Of a DNA stretch of 64,000 bases, positions 39,777 to 50,309 are shown piece after piece. The number at the start of each line of letters is the position of its first letter. The stretch's first letter is position 1. The notes under the pieces were generated by a model. The model was not told the origin of the DNA, did no database searches, and worked only from the letters and a program-made list of their open reading frames with translations. The position numbers were made by a program, and so were the translations under genes. Origin of the DNA: a bacterium (lineage in GTDB: Bacteria; Patescibacteriota; Minisyncoccia; Phycocordibacterales; JAKAEA01); the NCBI GenBank assembly GCA_021818465.1, contig JAKAEA010000001.1:235662-299661 (forward strand). The letters run 5' to 3'.

Positions 39777-42245
39777 ATGAACGAAGATAAGATATTGGAC
39801 TCCTCATCGTCAATGGCACATGGCGAAAATAGGGCAGATAAGGTATCCTTTTGGACTTTGTTACTCGGACTTTTTTTGGCGCCTGTTTTTTTTATTCCGT
39901 CGGCTATTGTTCCACTACAATCTGCTAAAGCCTATTTATTGTTTGTGGTGGTTATTGTTGCGGCGGCAGCTTGGATCGTGGCGCGTCTTAAAGACGGCAA
40001 ACTCATACTACCTCGTTCATGGATTTATCTATTTTTCTTGGCGTTACCTCTATGGTTTCTTATAACGTCGCTCTTTTCTCCTAATCAATCACTCTCGCTC
40101 ATTGGTGAAGCCTATGAAGTTGGTACATTCGCTTTTATTACAGCTCTCTTTGTGCTCGGGTATCTTGTTTCGGTTCTTTTTAAAGGTACGCGTCGTAGTG
40201 CGTATGCATATTTGGCATTTTTTATTTCTTTTATTGTTGTTGCCTTATTTCAGTTTATACATTTGTTTGCTCCTCAGGTTCTTTCGTTTGGTGTTTTTTC
40301 ATCGCCTGCCGCAAGTATTTTGGGGAATTGGAATGATTTGGGCATTTATTTTGGTGGTGTAGTTTTGTTTGCCTTCATCACGTTAGAGTTATTGGCCTTG
40401 GAAGCAAAATACAAATACCTCTTCACTGTCATTATGATTGTAGCGCTTTTTATGCTGTCGGTGGTCAATTTTTCTGATGTGTGGTATGTCTTGGCGGCTT
40501 CAGCGATTATTTTCTTCGTTTACAATTTTTCCTTTAAGAAAGTTGCTGCTGGTGATGATCAATCAGCAGGAGATGTCTCGCGCAGTCGTCACTTGCCCTG
40601 GGCGTCACTCGTTATATTCATTGTCTCAATTATTTTCATTTTGATTCGAGGAAATGTTTATACAACACTTGCAAATCAACCCTTCAATATAGGCTTTCTT
40701 GGCAATCTTTCTGTTCCATCAACAGAAGTGCGGCCATCTTTGCAAGGTACGCTCGATGTGGCCGGCGCAACGCTTCATACCAGTCCAATAATTGGTACAG
40801 GCCCTAATCGTTTCTCGTATGAATGGTTACTTGCTCGACCGGTAAGTATCAATGCTACACCATTTTGGAGTGTTATTTTTAGTTATGGTGTCGGTTTGAT
40901 TCCAACATTCTTCATTACAACTGGTCCAATTGGTTTTGTGCTATGGCTCGGTTTCTTTGCTCTCTTTTTATGGCTTGGTTTTCGATCTTTATTTGCTCGA
41001 AAAGAAAATGTGTTTGCTGAGTACGTGACGGTTTCCAGTTTTATCATCGCTCTTTATTTCTGGATTTTTACGGTTGTTGAAGTACCATCGGCAGCGCTCC
41101 TGGTGCTCACATTCTTTTTCACCGGTCTTTTCTTGGGATCAATTGCTGAAACATCCCTTGTACGTTCTTGGGAATTTGATTTTACAACAAATCCAAAAAC
41201 GAGTTTCGTGTCAGTTTTGGTTTTCGTTGTCTTACTTCTTGTTGGTCTCATTTCGATTTATGGTGTGACTCGTCGTTTTGTTTCTGTTATTTATTTCAAC
41301 GCTGCTGTTGCTGATGCAAGTGTGAATGGAAATGTTTCTGCTGCTCACGATAATCTTGTACGAGCAATTCAGTTTAATGCAGATCCACTCTACTATCGCA
41401 GTCTGGCGCAACTTGACTTGACAAGTATGCAGCAAATTTTAGCAACAACGAGTGCGGCGCAAAGCGCAATGGCAAATCAATTTCGAGGGTATCTCAACGA
41501 AGCACAGGCAGCTGCTCTCGCAGCACGAAATATTGATCCAACCGATTATCAAAACTGGTTACTACTTGGTCAAATCGCTGGTTCAGTAGCATCGTTTGAT
41601 AATGCCACAAGTACCTATACTGCAGCACGAGCATATTATGGGCAAGCTGAGAAACTTGATCCCACTGATCCCTCTGTGCCGTTTGCTTTAGCCCAGCTTG
41701 ATATAGCACATAATGCTGTGGCCACTGCTACGGCCGATATTAATCAAGCGCTAGCTCTTAAGAGTGATTATACGAATGCTATTTTCTTGCTTTCTCAAAT
41801 TCAGGCCAGTCAAGGAGAAACAGCAAACGCTATTAAGTCATTACAGGCAGCAATAATTTCTTCCCCCCAAAGCGCTGGTTTATTCTTTAATCTTGGATTG
41901 TTGTATTACGACACAAAAGATTGGACAAATGCCGCAGCCTCGTTCCAGCAAGCAGTGAATCTTGTGCCGCAATATGCGAATGCGCAATATTTCCTCGGTT
42001 TATCTGAAGCAAATTTAGGTGACACAAAAGCAGCTCTTATTCAGTTTGAAAATCTTGCTGCTTCAAATCCGAACAATACTACCATTGCGGCAATTGTCAC
42101 TAATCTCAAAGCTGGTCATAGTCCACTTGCCGGTTTAACACCACCAGCAAGTACTCCACAAAAAGGTTCTCAACCACCGATTAAAGATGTGACTACTGGT
42201 AGTACGGTTTCCAATCCGACTTCTCCTGTAATAAAGAAACCTTAA
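39777..42245 (+). CDS. polytopic membrane protein (O-antigen ligase/Wzy-like N-terminal domain) with C-terminal TPR repeats
   Basis: About 12 TM helices over ~500 aa, then TPR-like repeats (YYRSLAQLDL..., ANAQYFLGLSEANLGD). Confidence 0.55.
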   Translation: MNEDKILDSSSSMAHGENRADKVSFWTLLLGLFLAPVFFIPSAIVPLQSAKAYLLFVVVIVAAAAWIVARLKDGKLILPRSWIYLFFLALPLWFLITSLFSPNQSLSLIGEAYEVGTFAFITALFVLGYLVSVLFKGTRRSAYAYLAFFISFIVVALFQFIHLFAPQVLSFGVFSSPAASILGNWNDLGIYFGGVVLFAFITLELLALEAKYKYLFTVIMIVALFMLSVVNFSDVWYVLAASAIIFFVYNFSFKKVAAGDDQSAGDVSRSRHLPWASLVIFIVSIIFILIRGNVYTTLANQPFNIGFLGNLSVPSTEVRPSLQGTLDVAGATLHTSPIIGTGPNRFSYEWLLARPVSINATPFWSVIFSYGVGLIPTFFITTGPIGFVLWLGFFALFLWLGFRSLFARKENVFAEYVTVSSFIIALYFWIFTVVEVPSAALLVLTFFFTGLFLGSIAETSLVRSWEFDFTTNPKTSFVSVLVFVVLLLVGLISIYGVTRRFVSVIYFNAAVADASVNGNVSAAHDNLVRAIQFNADPLYYRSLAQLDLTSMQQILATTSAAQSAMANQFRGYLNEAQAAALAARNIDPTDYQNWLLLGQIAGSVASFDNATSTYTAARAYYGQAEKLDPTDPSVPFALAQLDIAHNAVATATADINQALALKSDYTNAIFLLSQIQASQGETANAIKSLQAAIISSPQSAGLFFNLGLLYYDTKDWTNAAASFQQAVNLVPQYANAQYFLGLSEANLGDTKAALIQFENLAASNPNNTTIAAIVTNLKAGHSPLAGLTPPASTPQKGSQPPIKDVTTGSTVSNPTSPVIKKP

Positions 42246-42279
42246 TATAAACCAAAATTTCCAACTGAACGGATAAGAA

Positions 42280-44046
42280 ATGGTTAAGCGATTCTGGAAC
42301 TTCATTGCCCGAGAAATCGGCGGCTTACACGAAGCAGCGTATTTGCTCGCAGCGTTTTCCATCGGCTCAACTATTCTCGCGTTTATTCGAGATCACTTAC
42401 TTGCCAACTACTTTGGCGAGAGCCGAACACTAGATCTCTACTATGCGGCATTCCGTGTGCCCGATTTCATTTATGCCCTTATGGGTTCTATTGTTGCTGG
42501 TGGCGTTATTATTCCATTTTTACTTGAACGGTTGGAGCGTAGTGAGCGTGAAGCTAAGGAACTCATTGATGGTATTTTTTCGGCCTTCTTCTTGATTATT
42601 GGTGTAACGGCGCTTATCGCGTATGCGTTTGCGCCGTTTTTGATGCATCTTTTTTTTCCGACTCTGATGAATGGTGGTGATGCGGGTACGTTGGTGGCGA
42701 TGACTCGCATTATGCTCCTCTCGCCAGTGTTTTTAGGATTCTCAAACTTTTTTTCCAGTATTACTCAAATCTACCGCCGCTACCTCATCTATTCGCTGTC
42801 GCCGTTGCTCTATAACATCGGTATTATTGTGGGTACGGTGGTGCTCTATCCACGTTTTGGTTTGGCTGGCTTGGCTTGGGGTGTTGCTTTGGGGGCATTT
42901 ATGCATATGTTTATCCAGTTGCCGTTTGTGTGGAAGAAAGCACTATTTCCAAAATTTACCTTTAATTTTCGCAGCGGCATTATTCGTGAAGTCGTGCTCA
43001 CGTCCTTTCCACGTACGATTACGGTTTCATCAAATGAGATTGCTGAATTTTTTCTCATTGTGATGGCCGGCGGTTTAGCGAGTGGTGCTATTTCCGCCTT
43101 TAATTTTTCTTGGAATTTACAATCGGTGCCGTTGGCTATTATCGGTACCAGCTATGCCCTAGCAGCATTTCCGGTATTGACGCGACACTTTGTCAATGGT
43201 GACACAAAACGTTTTGTGGAGCAGATGGTAGTATCAACGCGCCACATCATTTTTTGGTCACTGCCGGTAATGACGCTCTTTATTGTGGTACGAGCACAGA
43301 TTGTACGCGTCATTCTTGGTTCTGGTCAGTTTACTTGGACAGATACCCGTTTGACTGCTGCAGCTCTGGCTCTTTTTACATTGTCACTCATTCCGCAAAG
43401 TTTGGTGACGCTTTTTGTACGCGCCTATTATTCGCGTACCAATACAGCTAAACCACTACTCATGAATGTTTTTTCTGCGGTATTCATTGTTGGGTGTGCC
43501 TATGGTTTATTGCAACTTTTTCAGTCGTGGCCGTTATTTCGTTTTTTTATAGAGGCGCTTTTTCGCGTCGACAATGTGCCGGGCACCGAAGTGCTTATGT
43601 TGCCGCTCGGTTTCACCCTCGGTATGTTTGTGAATATGCTGCTACACTGGTATGCGTTTGAGCGTGATTTTCCCGGATTTACTCGCTCGGTTATTCGATC
43701 GGTATTTGAAGTTTTTTCTGCATCAATCATTATGGGTGTCGTCTGCTATTTTTTCTTAAGTGTCCTGGCACCGCTTTTAGGTCTTTCCGATATTTTGAAT
43801 GCTACTGGACCAGGTGCGCCGCTCGCCACGCTGGCTTTTACGCTTGGATTACACGGACATGTAGTTACAATGAGTACCACTATAGCTGTCTTTTTGCAGG
43901 GTTTTATTGCCGGTCTCGTGGCAATCATTGTTGGTTTGGGCATTTTGTATTTTTTCCGCAATCATGAGCTTTTTGAAGTGGCTCGTGCTCTACATCATCG
44001 TATTTGGAAACGGGAAGTGGTGCCACCCGATCCATCTGGCGCATAG
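42280..44046 (+). CDS. murJ: lipid II flippase MurJ (MviN)
   Basis: N-terminus AAYLLAAFSIGSTILAFIRDHLLANYFG...LDLYYAAFRVPDFIYAL is the MurJ signature. 14 TM helices. Confidence 0.85.
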   Translation: MVKRFWNFIAREIGGLHEAAYLLAAFSIGSTILAFIRDHLLANYFGESRTLDLYYAAFRVPDFIYALMGSIVAGGVIIPFLLERLERSEREAKELIDGIFSAFFLIIGVTALIAYAFAPFLMHLFFPTLMNGGDAGTLVAMTRIMLLSPVFLGFSNFFSSITQIYRRYLIYSLSPLLYNIGIIVGTVVLYPRFGLAGLAWGVALGAFMHMFIQLPFVWKKALFPKFTFNFRSGIIREVVLTSFPRTITVSSNEIAEFFLIVMAGGLASGAISAFNFSWNLQSVPLAIIGTSYALAAFPVLTRHFVNGDTKRFVEQMVVSTRHIIFWSLPVMTLFIVVRAQIVRVILGSGQFTWTDTRLTAAALALFTLSLIPQSLVTLFVRAYYSRTNTAKPLLMNVFSAVFIVGCAYGLLQLFQSWPLFRFFIEALFRVDNVPGTEVLMLPLGFTLGMFVNMLLHWYAFERDFPGFTRSVIRSVFEVFSASIIMGVVCYFFLSVLAPLLGLSDILNATGPGAPLATLAFTLGLHGHVVTMSTTIAVFLQGFIAGLVAIIVGLGILYFFRNHELFEVARALHHRIWKREVVPPDPSGA

Positions 44047-44070
44047 ACGATTTTCTGGTAGTATGGCGCT

Positions 44071-45876
44071 ATGAACTCTCGTCACATTCGTAATTTTTCC
44101 ATCATTGCCCACATTGACCATGGCAAGTCAACGCTGGCTGATCGTATGTTAGAAGTAACCGACACGGTAGAACGACGCAAAATGCGTGACCAAGTGTTGG
44201 ATTCTATGGAGCTAGAGCGGGAACGGGGAATTACCATTAAAATGCAACCGGTGCGAATGGAGTATCAGCACAACGGTGAAGTATATGTTTTGAATTTGAT
44301 TGATACTCCCGGACATATCGATTTTTCCTATGAAGTTTCGCGGGCACTTAAAGCAGTGGAGGGTTGTGTTCTTTTGGTCGATGCTACGCAGGGTGTTCAA
44401 GCGCAAACGCTCACTACACTTTCTATGGCCCGAGAGCAGGGACTGGTGATTGTGCCGGCGGTAAGCAAGATTGATTCGCCGTTGGCTCGGATTAGCGAAA
44501 CAAAAGCAGAAATTGCTTCCGTACTTGGTATTTTGCCAAACGAAATTTTGGAGTGCTCTGGTAAGACAGGTCAAGGAGTGACGGAACTACTGGAGGCAAT
44601 TGTTGCTCGGGTGCCACCGCCACATATGACGAATGAAACAATATTTCGCGGACTCATCTTTGATTTCCAGTATTCAAATCATCGTGGCGTTATTGTGTAT
44701 ATTCGTGCAACTGATGGTACTGTCAAAAAAGGCGATCGGCTCAGCTTTGTTGCTGCCGGAAAAATTTTTAATGTATTAGAAGTCGGCATTTTTGCGCCGG
44801 AAGAAAAGTCCGTCGTGGCGCTTGGTGCAGGTGAGATAGGGTATATTGTTACTGGTATTAAAGAAGCTGGTATTGCCTCGGTTGGTGATACTCTTGCGGC
44901 TCTTGGTCCAGCAAATAAGCCAGCACTGCCAGCGTTGCCAGGTTATGAAATGCCGCGGCCGGTAGTGTGGGCGTCGCTCTATCCAGAAAGTCAAGATGAT
45001 TTTCCGGCACTGCGTCAAGCTCTCGGTCGCTTAAAGCTTTCCGACTCATCACTCGCTTTTGAAGAAGAAACCTCGGGCACACTCGGCCGAGGTTTTCGCT
45101 GCGGCTTTTTAGGTATGCTTCATATGGAAATTGTCACTGAGCGTTTGCGCCGTGAGTTCAATCTTACCCTCATCGTTACTTCACCGAGTATCACATACGA
45201 AATCACGCTCGTGGATGGTACAAAGGAAATTGTGTATTCACCAGTTTTTTTTCCTGACGATGGGCACATTAAAGAAGTTCGTGAGCCATGGGTCAAGGCA
45301 AACATTATCACACCAGCCCAGTATCTCGGACCAATTCTGACCCTTCTCTATGAACATGAGGCTGAAACCGGTGAGACAGAAACATTTGGTGATAATCGCA
45401 CCGGTATTTCCTTAATGATGCCGTTACGCGAAATGATGCGCGGTTTTTTTGATGAGCTCAAAAGTGTTTCGTCCGGCTTCGCTTCTATTTCATACGAATT
45501 AGGAGAGCAACGTGTAGCTGATGTGACGCGCTTGAATATTTTAGTTGCCGATGAGCCAGTGCCAGCGTTCGCGCGTGTCGTTTCGCGTCGACGAGTAGAA
45601 GAAGAAGCACGTAATGCTGTAGAAAAACTGCATAAAATTCTACCGCGTCAACTTTTTGTTACTAAAATTCAAGCCCAAGCTCTCGGCCGCATTATTGCTT
45701 CTGAAACACTTTCAGCTTTACGTAAAGACGTTACTGGCTACCTCTATGGTGGCGACGTGACCAGAAAAATGAAGCTTTTGGAAAAACAAAAGCGAGGTAA
45801 AAAGAAGATGAAAGAGCGTGGCAGTGTTACTATCCCCCAAGATGTCTTCCTTAAAATGATGCGCGACGAAAAATAG
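44071..45876 (+). CDS. lepA: elongation factor 4 (LepA)
   Basis: IRNFSIIAHIDHGKSTLADRMLE, DTPGHIDF, and the LepA C-terminal domain. Confidence 0.95.
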   Translation: MNSRHIRNFSIIAHIDHGKSTLADRMLEVTDTVERRKMRDQVLDSMELERERGITIKMQPVRMEYQHNGEVYVLNLIDTPGHIDFSYEVSRALKAVEGCVLLVDATQGVQAQTLTTLSMAREQGLVIVPAVSKIDSPLARISETKAEIASVLGILPNEILECSGKTGQGVTELLEAIVARVPPPHMTNETIFRGLIFDFQYSNHRGVIVYIRATDGTVKKGDRLSFVAAGKIFNVLEVGIFAPEEKSVVALGAGEIGYIVTGIKEAGIASVGDTLAALGPANKPALPALPGYEMPRPVVWASLYPESQDDFPALRQALGRLKLSDSSLAFEEETSGTLGRGFRCGFLGMLHMEIVTERLRREFNLTLIVTSPSITYEITLVDGTKEIVYSPVFFPDDGHIKEVREPWVKANIITPAQYLGPILTLLYEHEAETGETETFGDNRTGISLMMPLREMMRGFFDELKSVSSGFASISYELGEQRVADVTRLNILVADEPVPAFARVVSRRRVEEEARNAVEKLHKILPRQLFVTKIQAQALGRIIASETLSALRKDVTGYLYGGDVTRKMKLLEKQKRGKKKMKERGSVTIPQDVFLKMMRDEK

Positions 45877-45894
45877 CTCATACACAATCTATCA

Positions 45895-45925
45895 AAAAAA
45901 CCCGCTGCGCAGCGGGTTTTTTGTG
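45895..45925 (+). terminator. rho-independent terminator after lepA
   Basis: AAACCCGCTGCGCAGCGGGTTTTTTG. Confidence 0.8.
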
Positions 45926-45931
45926 AATTCT

Positions 45932-46039
45932 CTAAAAGAATCCTGGCATATAGAGAAGAATCATGCCTAATGCAACGACGATGGAAACTATAATCATCAA
46001 AACATTAAGAGCTTTTCTCTGGCGTTTATTCAAAAGCAT
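45932..46039 (-). CDS. possible 35-aa small membrane protein (MLLNKRQRKALNVLMIIVSIVVALGMILLYMPGFF)
   Basis: Short ORF with a single TM helix. Not in the ORF track. No clear RBS. Confidence 0.2.
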   Translation of the reverse strand: MLLNKRQRKALNVLMIIVSIVVALGMILLYMPGFF

Positions 46040-46060
46040 AATGCGCTATAATAGCATGAT

Positions 46061-46405
46061 ATGAGAGAATTTCAACAAAAAAAAAAGCGCCGCAGCCGAA
46101 TCTCTCATATACTTTTTTCACCGCTTGTTATCGTGGTGTTGGCTGTTATTGTAGTATTGCTTGGTCGCTCGGTGTGGAATCTTTATGGTAAAGAACGTGA
46201 TGCGGCTACTGAACTTGCAGGTGCTGCCGCTCAAAACCAAAGACTGTTGAAAAATAAAGCGACCCTTTCGCAGGAAATTGCCCATTTACAAACACCCGAG
46301 GGAGTAGATGAAGCTATTCGCTCAACTTTTAATGTTGCTAAACCAGGCGAAAATTTGATAATTATTGAAGGTTCTGGCACAGTGGCGACGAGTAGTGGAC
46401 AATAA
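46061..46405 (+). CDS. ftsB: septum formation initiator family protein (FtsB/DivIC-like)
   Basis: Basic N-terminus, a single TM helix, then a coiled coil (ATELAGAAAQNQRLLKNKATLSQEIAHLQ). Confidence 0.6.
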   Translation: MREFQQKKKRRSRISHILFSPLVIVVLAVIVVLLGRSVWNLYGKERDAATELAGAAAQNQRLLKNKATLSQEIAHLQTPEGVDEAIRSTFNVAKPGENLIIIEGSGTVATSSGQ

Positions 46406-46428
46406 CGACTAGGCATACAAGTAAAACT

Positions 46429-46502
46429 GCGGGATTAGTTTAGTGGTAAAACGAGTGCTTCCCAAGCATTAGACAGGAGTTCGATTCTCCTATCCCGCAC
46501 CG
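46429..46502 (+). tRNA. tRNA-Gly (anticodon CCC)
   Basis: Cloverleaf with acceptor GCGGGAT/ATCCCGC, T-arm AGGAG-TTCGATT-CTCCT, and anticodon loop TTCCCAA. Confidence 0.8.
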
Positions 46503-46669
46503 GTAACTTTTAGTTGTGAATTCTTATATACCAGTAGGATTTTTATCAAAAAGGATTGAGAGCAATCGCTAAAATATGCTAATATATAACTGCTATTAAA
46601 AGGAAATTTAAAAAACGATATGTAGTTTTAAGTATCGGTATTCTTATTGTTGCCGGTATTGTTTTTTTC

Positions 46670-48058
46670 GTGACGCAACCTAAGCCGTCTGGTATTGAAA
46701 CGGCAACAGCTGAGCCGACAACGATCACCAGTATTGTCAGTGTGACGGGCAATGTTAAACCAGTAGCACAAGCAAATTTTGGTTTTCAAATCGGCGGTGT
46801 TGTTAAAAGCATTCCCGTCACCGTGGGAGAATATGTGAAAGCCGGTGACCTTATCGCTAGTTTGGATGATCAAACTATTAAAGCTTCACTCCTTTCAGCT
46901 CAAGCTGCACTCCAAGAAGCGCAAGCGAATCTTGCTACGAATCAAACCAATACGGATATCAACTACGCTAATGCAAAGCGTAGTGCTGTTGTTGCTGCTA
47001 TTGATGCGTATAATAAAGTACAAAATGCTGTAAATAGCTATTCCAATTCACTTTTTCAGAGTTCGCAGTCGGCAAATCCAACCTTACTTATTCCAACTCA
47101 GACCCAAGCCCAAGAGCGCAGTATAGAAAATGCGCAAGTTGGCGTTATCGTACTGTTGCAAAAATGGAACGCTGAAGTAAGTACGGCTAGTACAAGTGTT
47201 GCAGAGACACTTATTCTCGATTCGGAAGGATACATGAACACGGTTACCTCGTTTATGAATAATCTGGTGGCTGCAGCAAATGCCTATGCTCAAACCAGTG
47301 GTCCCACACAAACAAATGCAGCGGCATATGTCGCTACAGCTAATGCGGCCAAAGCAGCAGTGTCGTCAGCAATGAGTGAAATAACAACAGCAGAAAACAA
47401 TCTAGTTACTACTCGTCCGCAAAGCACTGCGGCACTGGTGGCGCAAATCGCTCAAGCCCAAGCCAATGTTGCTAATTGGCAAGCCCAAGATAATGAATCG
47501 CGCGTTACCGCGCCGTTTGACGGTATTATTACTCAAATTACTCCGCAAGTCGGTGATTTAATTGCTGCCAACACGATTCAATTTTCTGAAATGTCCAATA
47601 ATATGTATAAAGTGACGGTTGACGTACCAGAAACAAACATTGTTGGGATGGCAGTTGGTGATCCGGCTAATATTACGCTTGATGCGTTTGGCGATACGGT
47701 TAATTTTCCAGCTACCGTAACCAAAATCGATCCTGCCGACACGCTTGTTGAAGGTGTGCCAACGTACAAAGTGACGCTGCATTTTAATCAGCCCGATAGT
47801 CGCATTCGCTCGGGTATGACCGCAAATATTGATATCACTACAGACTCTATTCATAATGTTTTAGCTATTCCTTTTCGGTCTGTTTTACAAGGAGGAGGTT
47901 CCACGACGGTGCGTGTACTGAATTCTAATGGGACCACGTGGAGCTATGTGCCCATCATCACTGGTCTTAAAGGCTCTGATGGTATGGTGCAGATTGTACG
48001 TGGTATTGCCACAGGCACGCAGGTTGTAACATACGCTCCTGGTGATAATGCTTCTTAA
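46670..48058 (+). CDS. efflux transporter periplasmic adaptor subunit (MacA/HlyD-like)
   Basis: Biotinyl/lipoyl-like hairpin (VKAGDLIASLDD), a coiled-coil region, and a beta-barrel. The first canonical start is the GTG at 46670. The membrane anchor is encoded in frame upstream (see findings). Confidence 0.7.
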   Translation: MTQPKPSGIETATAEPTTITSIVSVTGNVKPVAQANFGFQIGGVVKSIPVTVGEYVKAGDLIASLDDQTIKASLLSAQAALQEAQANLATNQTNTDINYANAKRSAVVAAIDAYNKVQNAVNSYSNSLFQSSQSANPTLLIPTQTQAQERSIENAQVGVIVLLQKWNAEVSTASTSVAETLILDSEGYMNTVTSFMNNLVAAANAYAQTSGPTQTNAAAYVATANAAKAAVSSAMSEITTAENNLVTTRPQSTAALVAQIAQAQANVANWQAQDNESRVTAPFDGIITQITPQVGDLIAANTIQFSEMSNNMYKVTVDVPETNIVGMAVGDPANITLDAFGDTVNFPATVTKIDPADTLVEGVPTYKVTLHFNQPDSRIRSGMTANIDITTDSIHNVLAIPFRSVLQGGGSTTVRVLNSNGTTWSYVPIITGLKGSDGMVQIVRGIATGTQVVTYAPGDNAS

Positions 48059-48066
48059 AATTACGT

Positions 48067-48789
48067 ATGAATGTTATTGAAGTCGAACACGTGAGTAAAA
48101 CCTATTCTGATGGTGGCGAAACTACGACGGTGGCGTTGCGCGATGTAAGTTTTAATGTGCGAGAAGGAGAATTTCTGGCCATTATGGGGCCTTCTGGTAG
48201 TGGTAAATCAACCTTGCTGCACCTGTTAGGGTTGCTGGATATTTCAACAGCTGGTCAGTATCGTTTTGATGGCAAGAATGTTGAAATGTACAGTCGTGAT
48301 GAACAAGCTTATATTCGTAATGCAAAAATGGGTTTCGTATTTCAAGCTTTTAATTTATTGCCGCGTACGACGGTTTTGGAAAATGTAAAATTGCCCCTCG
48401 CATATTCCCAAGTTCCGGAAGCAAAATGGAATACGATGGCTCGTCAGGCCGTAGAAGCGGTTGGTTTGGGACATCGGGAGCAACATCAAACGAGTGAGCT
48501 TTCTGGTGGTGAACGTCAACGCGTTGCTATTGCGCGCGCGCTGGTTAATAATCCTCAAGTTATTTTTGCCGATGAACCGACAGGAAATCTTGATTCAAAG
48601 TCTGGTAAACAAGTGATGAGTATTATTCAAAAGCTTAATGAAGAACAGGGGAGAACTATTGTGCTCATTACTCACGAAACAGCAACGGCTGAGCACGCCG
48701 AGCGAGTCATTCGTCTTAAGGACGGTGTTATTGAGCGTGATGAAAAAGTTCTCCATCGCTTACGACCAGATGATGAGTATGTTAAATAA
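48067..48789 (+). CDS. ABC transporter ATP-binding protein (MacB/LolD-type)
   Basis: Walker A GPSGSGKST, signature LSGGERQRV, and Walker B IFADEPTGNLD. Confidence 0.9.
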   Translation: MNVIEVEHVSKTYSDGGETTTVALRDVSFNVREGEFLAIMGPSGSGKSTLLHLLGLLDISTAGQYRFDGKNVEMYSRDEQAYIRNAKMGFVFQAFNLLPRTTVLENVKLPLAYSQVPEAKWNTMARQAVEAVGLGHREQHQTSELSGGERQRVAIARALVNNPQVIFADEPTGNLDSKSGKQVMSIIQKLNEEQGRTIVLITHETATAEHAERVIRLKDGVIERDEKVLHRLRPDDEYVK

Positions 48790-48807
48790 CATTTTCTTAT
48801 AATTTTT

Positions 48808-50049
48808 ATGAATTTTCGTAATAGTCTCAATACGGCCCTGCGAGCGCTCACGGTGAATAGGTCTCGTTCGGTATTGACCATCCTGGGTATCGTTATCGGT
48901 ATCACGGCTATTATTTTAGTACTATCCATTGGGCAAGGAGCACAGGGACTCATTATGCAAGAAATTCAAGGTGTTGGCCCTCGAAATATTTCTATTGTTC
49001 CTGGGCGTAACGTTAATAGCCCCTCAGCCATTGCCGCATCGTTTTTAACTAATTCACTCACTATAAATGATCTTAAAGCGTTGCAACAAAAAATAAATGT
49101 TCCCACCCTGAGTGCTATTTCGCCGGTAGAAACGACAATTTTCCCTGTATCGGCCGGTAGTCAAACGTATCAAGCAACAATTGATGGAGTGGCCCCGTCA
49201 ATGCAACAAATTATAAACATATCCCTAACGCAAGGGTATTTTTTTACTAATAGTGATGTGACCGATGCCTCTCATGTGGCCGTTATTGGGCACAAGGTTG
49301 AAACAAATCTTTTTGGTAATCAATCTGCACTCGGTAAGCGTATTATGTTTGATAATCAGACGTTCGTGGTGGTTGGTGTCGTGGGGGCAAATGGTTCATC
49401 CGTTTTTACAAATCCTGATCAAACAGTTTTTATTCCTTGGAGTACGATGCAAAATTATATTCTTGGCATAAAATATTTTCATCGTATTATTGCTGAAGCT
49501 GATTCTGTACAAAATATTAATCGCACGGTGAACGATATTACCTTAACGTTACGCTCCGATCATAATATTACGGATCCAACAAAAGATGATTTTACTATTC
49601 AAACACAAGTAAATCTTGCTAATACGGTGAGTATTATTACCACCGCTTTAACATTACTTTTAACGGGAGTCACGGGCATTTCACTCATAGTTGGTGGTGT
49701 GGGTATTATGAATATTATGCTTGTGTCGGTGACTGAGCGAACGCGCGAAATTGGTTTGCGCAAAGCGCTCGGCGCCACAGATCGTGCTATATTAATGCAA
49801 TTTCTGCTTGAAGCGGTTCTTTTAACTGGTATCGGCGGTATTATTGGCATCGCCCTCGGTACATTCTTTTCTGCAATTATTGCTATTGCTATAGTGCACT
49901 TCTCTGGTCTTAATTGGCAATTTAGTTTTCCATATATGGGAGCAGTTATCGGTATTGTGGTGTCGGCCGTCATCGGTCTTGTTTTTGGTATCTATCCTGC
50001 GCGTCAAGCGGCGCGAAAGAGTCCTATGGAAGCGTTGCGGTACGAATAG
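48808..50049 (+). CDS. ABC transporter permease (MacB_PCD + FtsX domain)
   Basis: N-terminal TM helix, a large periplasmic domain, and a C-terminal FtsX-like four-TM region (GIMNIMLVSVTERTREIGLRKALGA). Confidence 0.85.
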   Translation: MNFRNSLNTALRALTVNRSRSVLTILGIVIGITAIILVLSIGQGAQGLIMQEIQGVGPRNISIVPGRNVNSPSAIAASFLTNSLTINDLKALQQKINVPTLSAISPVETTIFPVSAGSQTYQATIDGVAPSMQQIINISLTQGYFFTNSDVTDASHVAVIGHKVETNLFGNQSALGKRIMFDNQTFVVVGVVGANGSSVFTNPDQTVFIPWSTMQNYILGIKYFHRIIAEADSVQNINRTVNDITLTLRSDHNITDPTKDDFTIQTQVNLANTVSIITTALTLLLTGVTGISLIVGGVGIMNIMLVSVTERTREIGLRKALGATDRAILMQFLLEAVLLTGIGGIIGIALGTFFSAIIAIAIVHFSGLNWQFSFPYMGAVIGIVVSAVIGLVFGIYPARQAARKSPMEALRYE

Positions 50050-50072
50050 CGCTCATGCTATAATTTTGTTCT

Positions 50073-50309
50073 ATGAAAAATGTAACTATATATAGCACTC
50101 CAACTTGTCACTTTTGTCACGCTGCCAAAGATTTTTTTAAGGCGCATAACGTCGCTTTTACCGATTATGATGTTGCCGCTGATGTTGTTAAACGTCAAGA
50201 AATGTTGCACAAAAGTGGTCAGATGGGCGTGCCTGTTATTTTTGTTGGCGATGAAATGGTTGTTGGTTTTAATGAGCCGCATTTACGCGAATTGCTCAGT
50301 ATCAACTAA
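50073..50309 (+). CDS. glutaredoxin-like protein (NrdH/YruB family)
   Basis: IYSTPTCHFCHAAKDFF holds the CxxC active site. 78 aa. Confidence 0.75.
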   Translation: MKNVTIYSTPTCHFCHAAKDFFKAHNVAFTDYDVAADVVKRQEMLHKSGQMGVPVIFVGDEMVVGFNEPHLRELLSIN

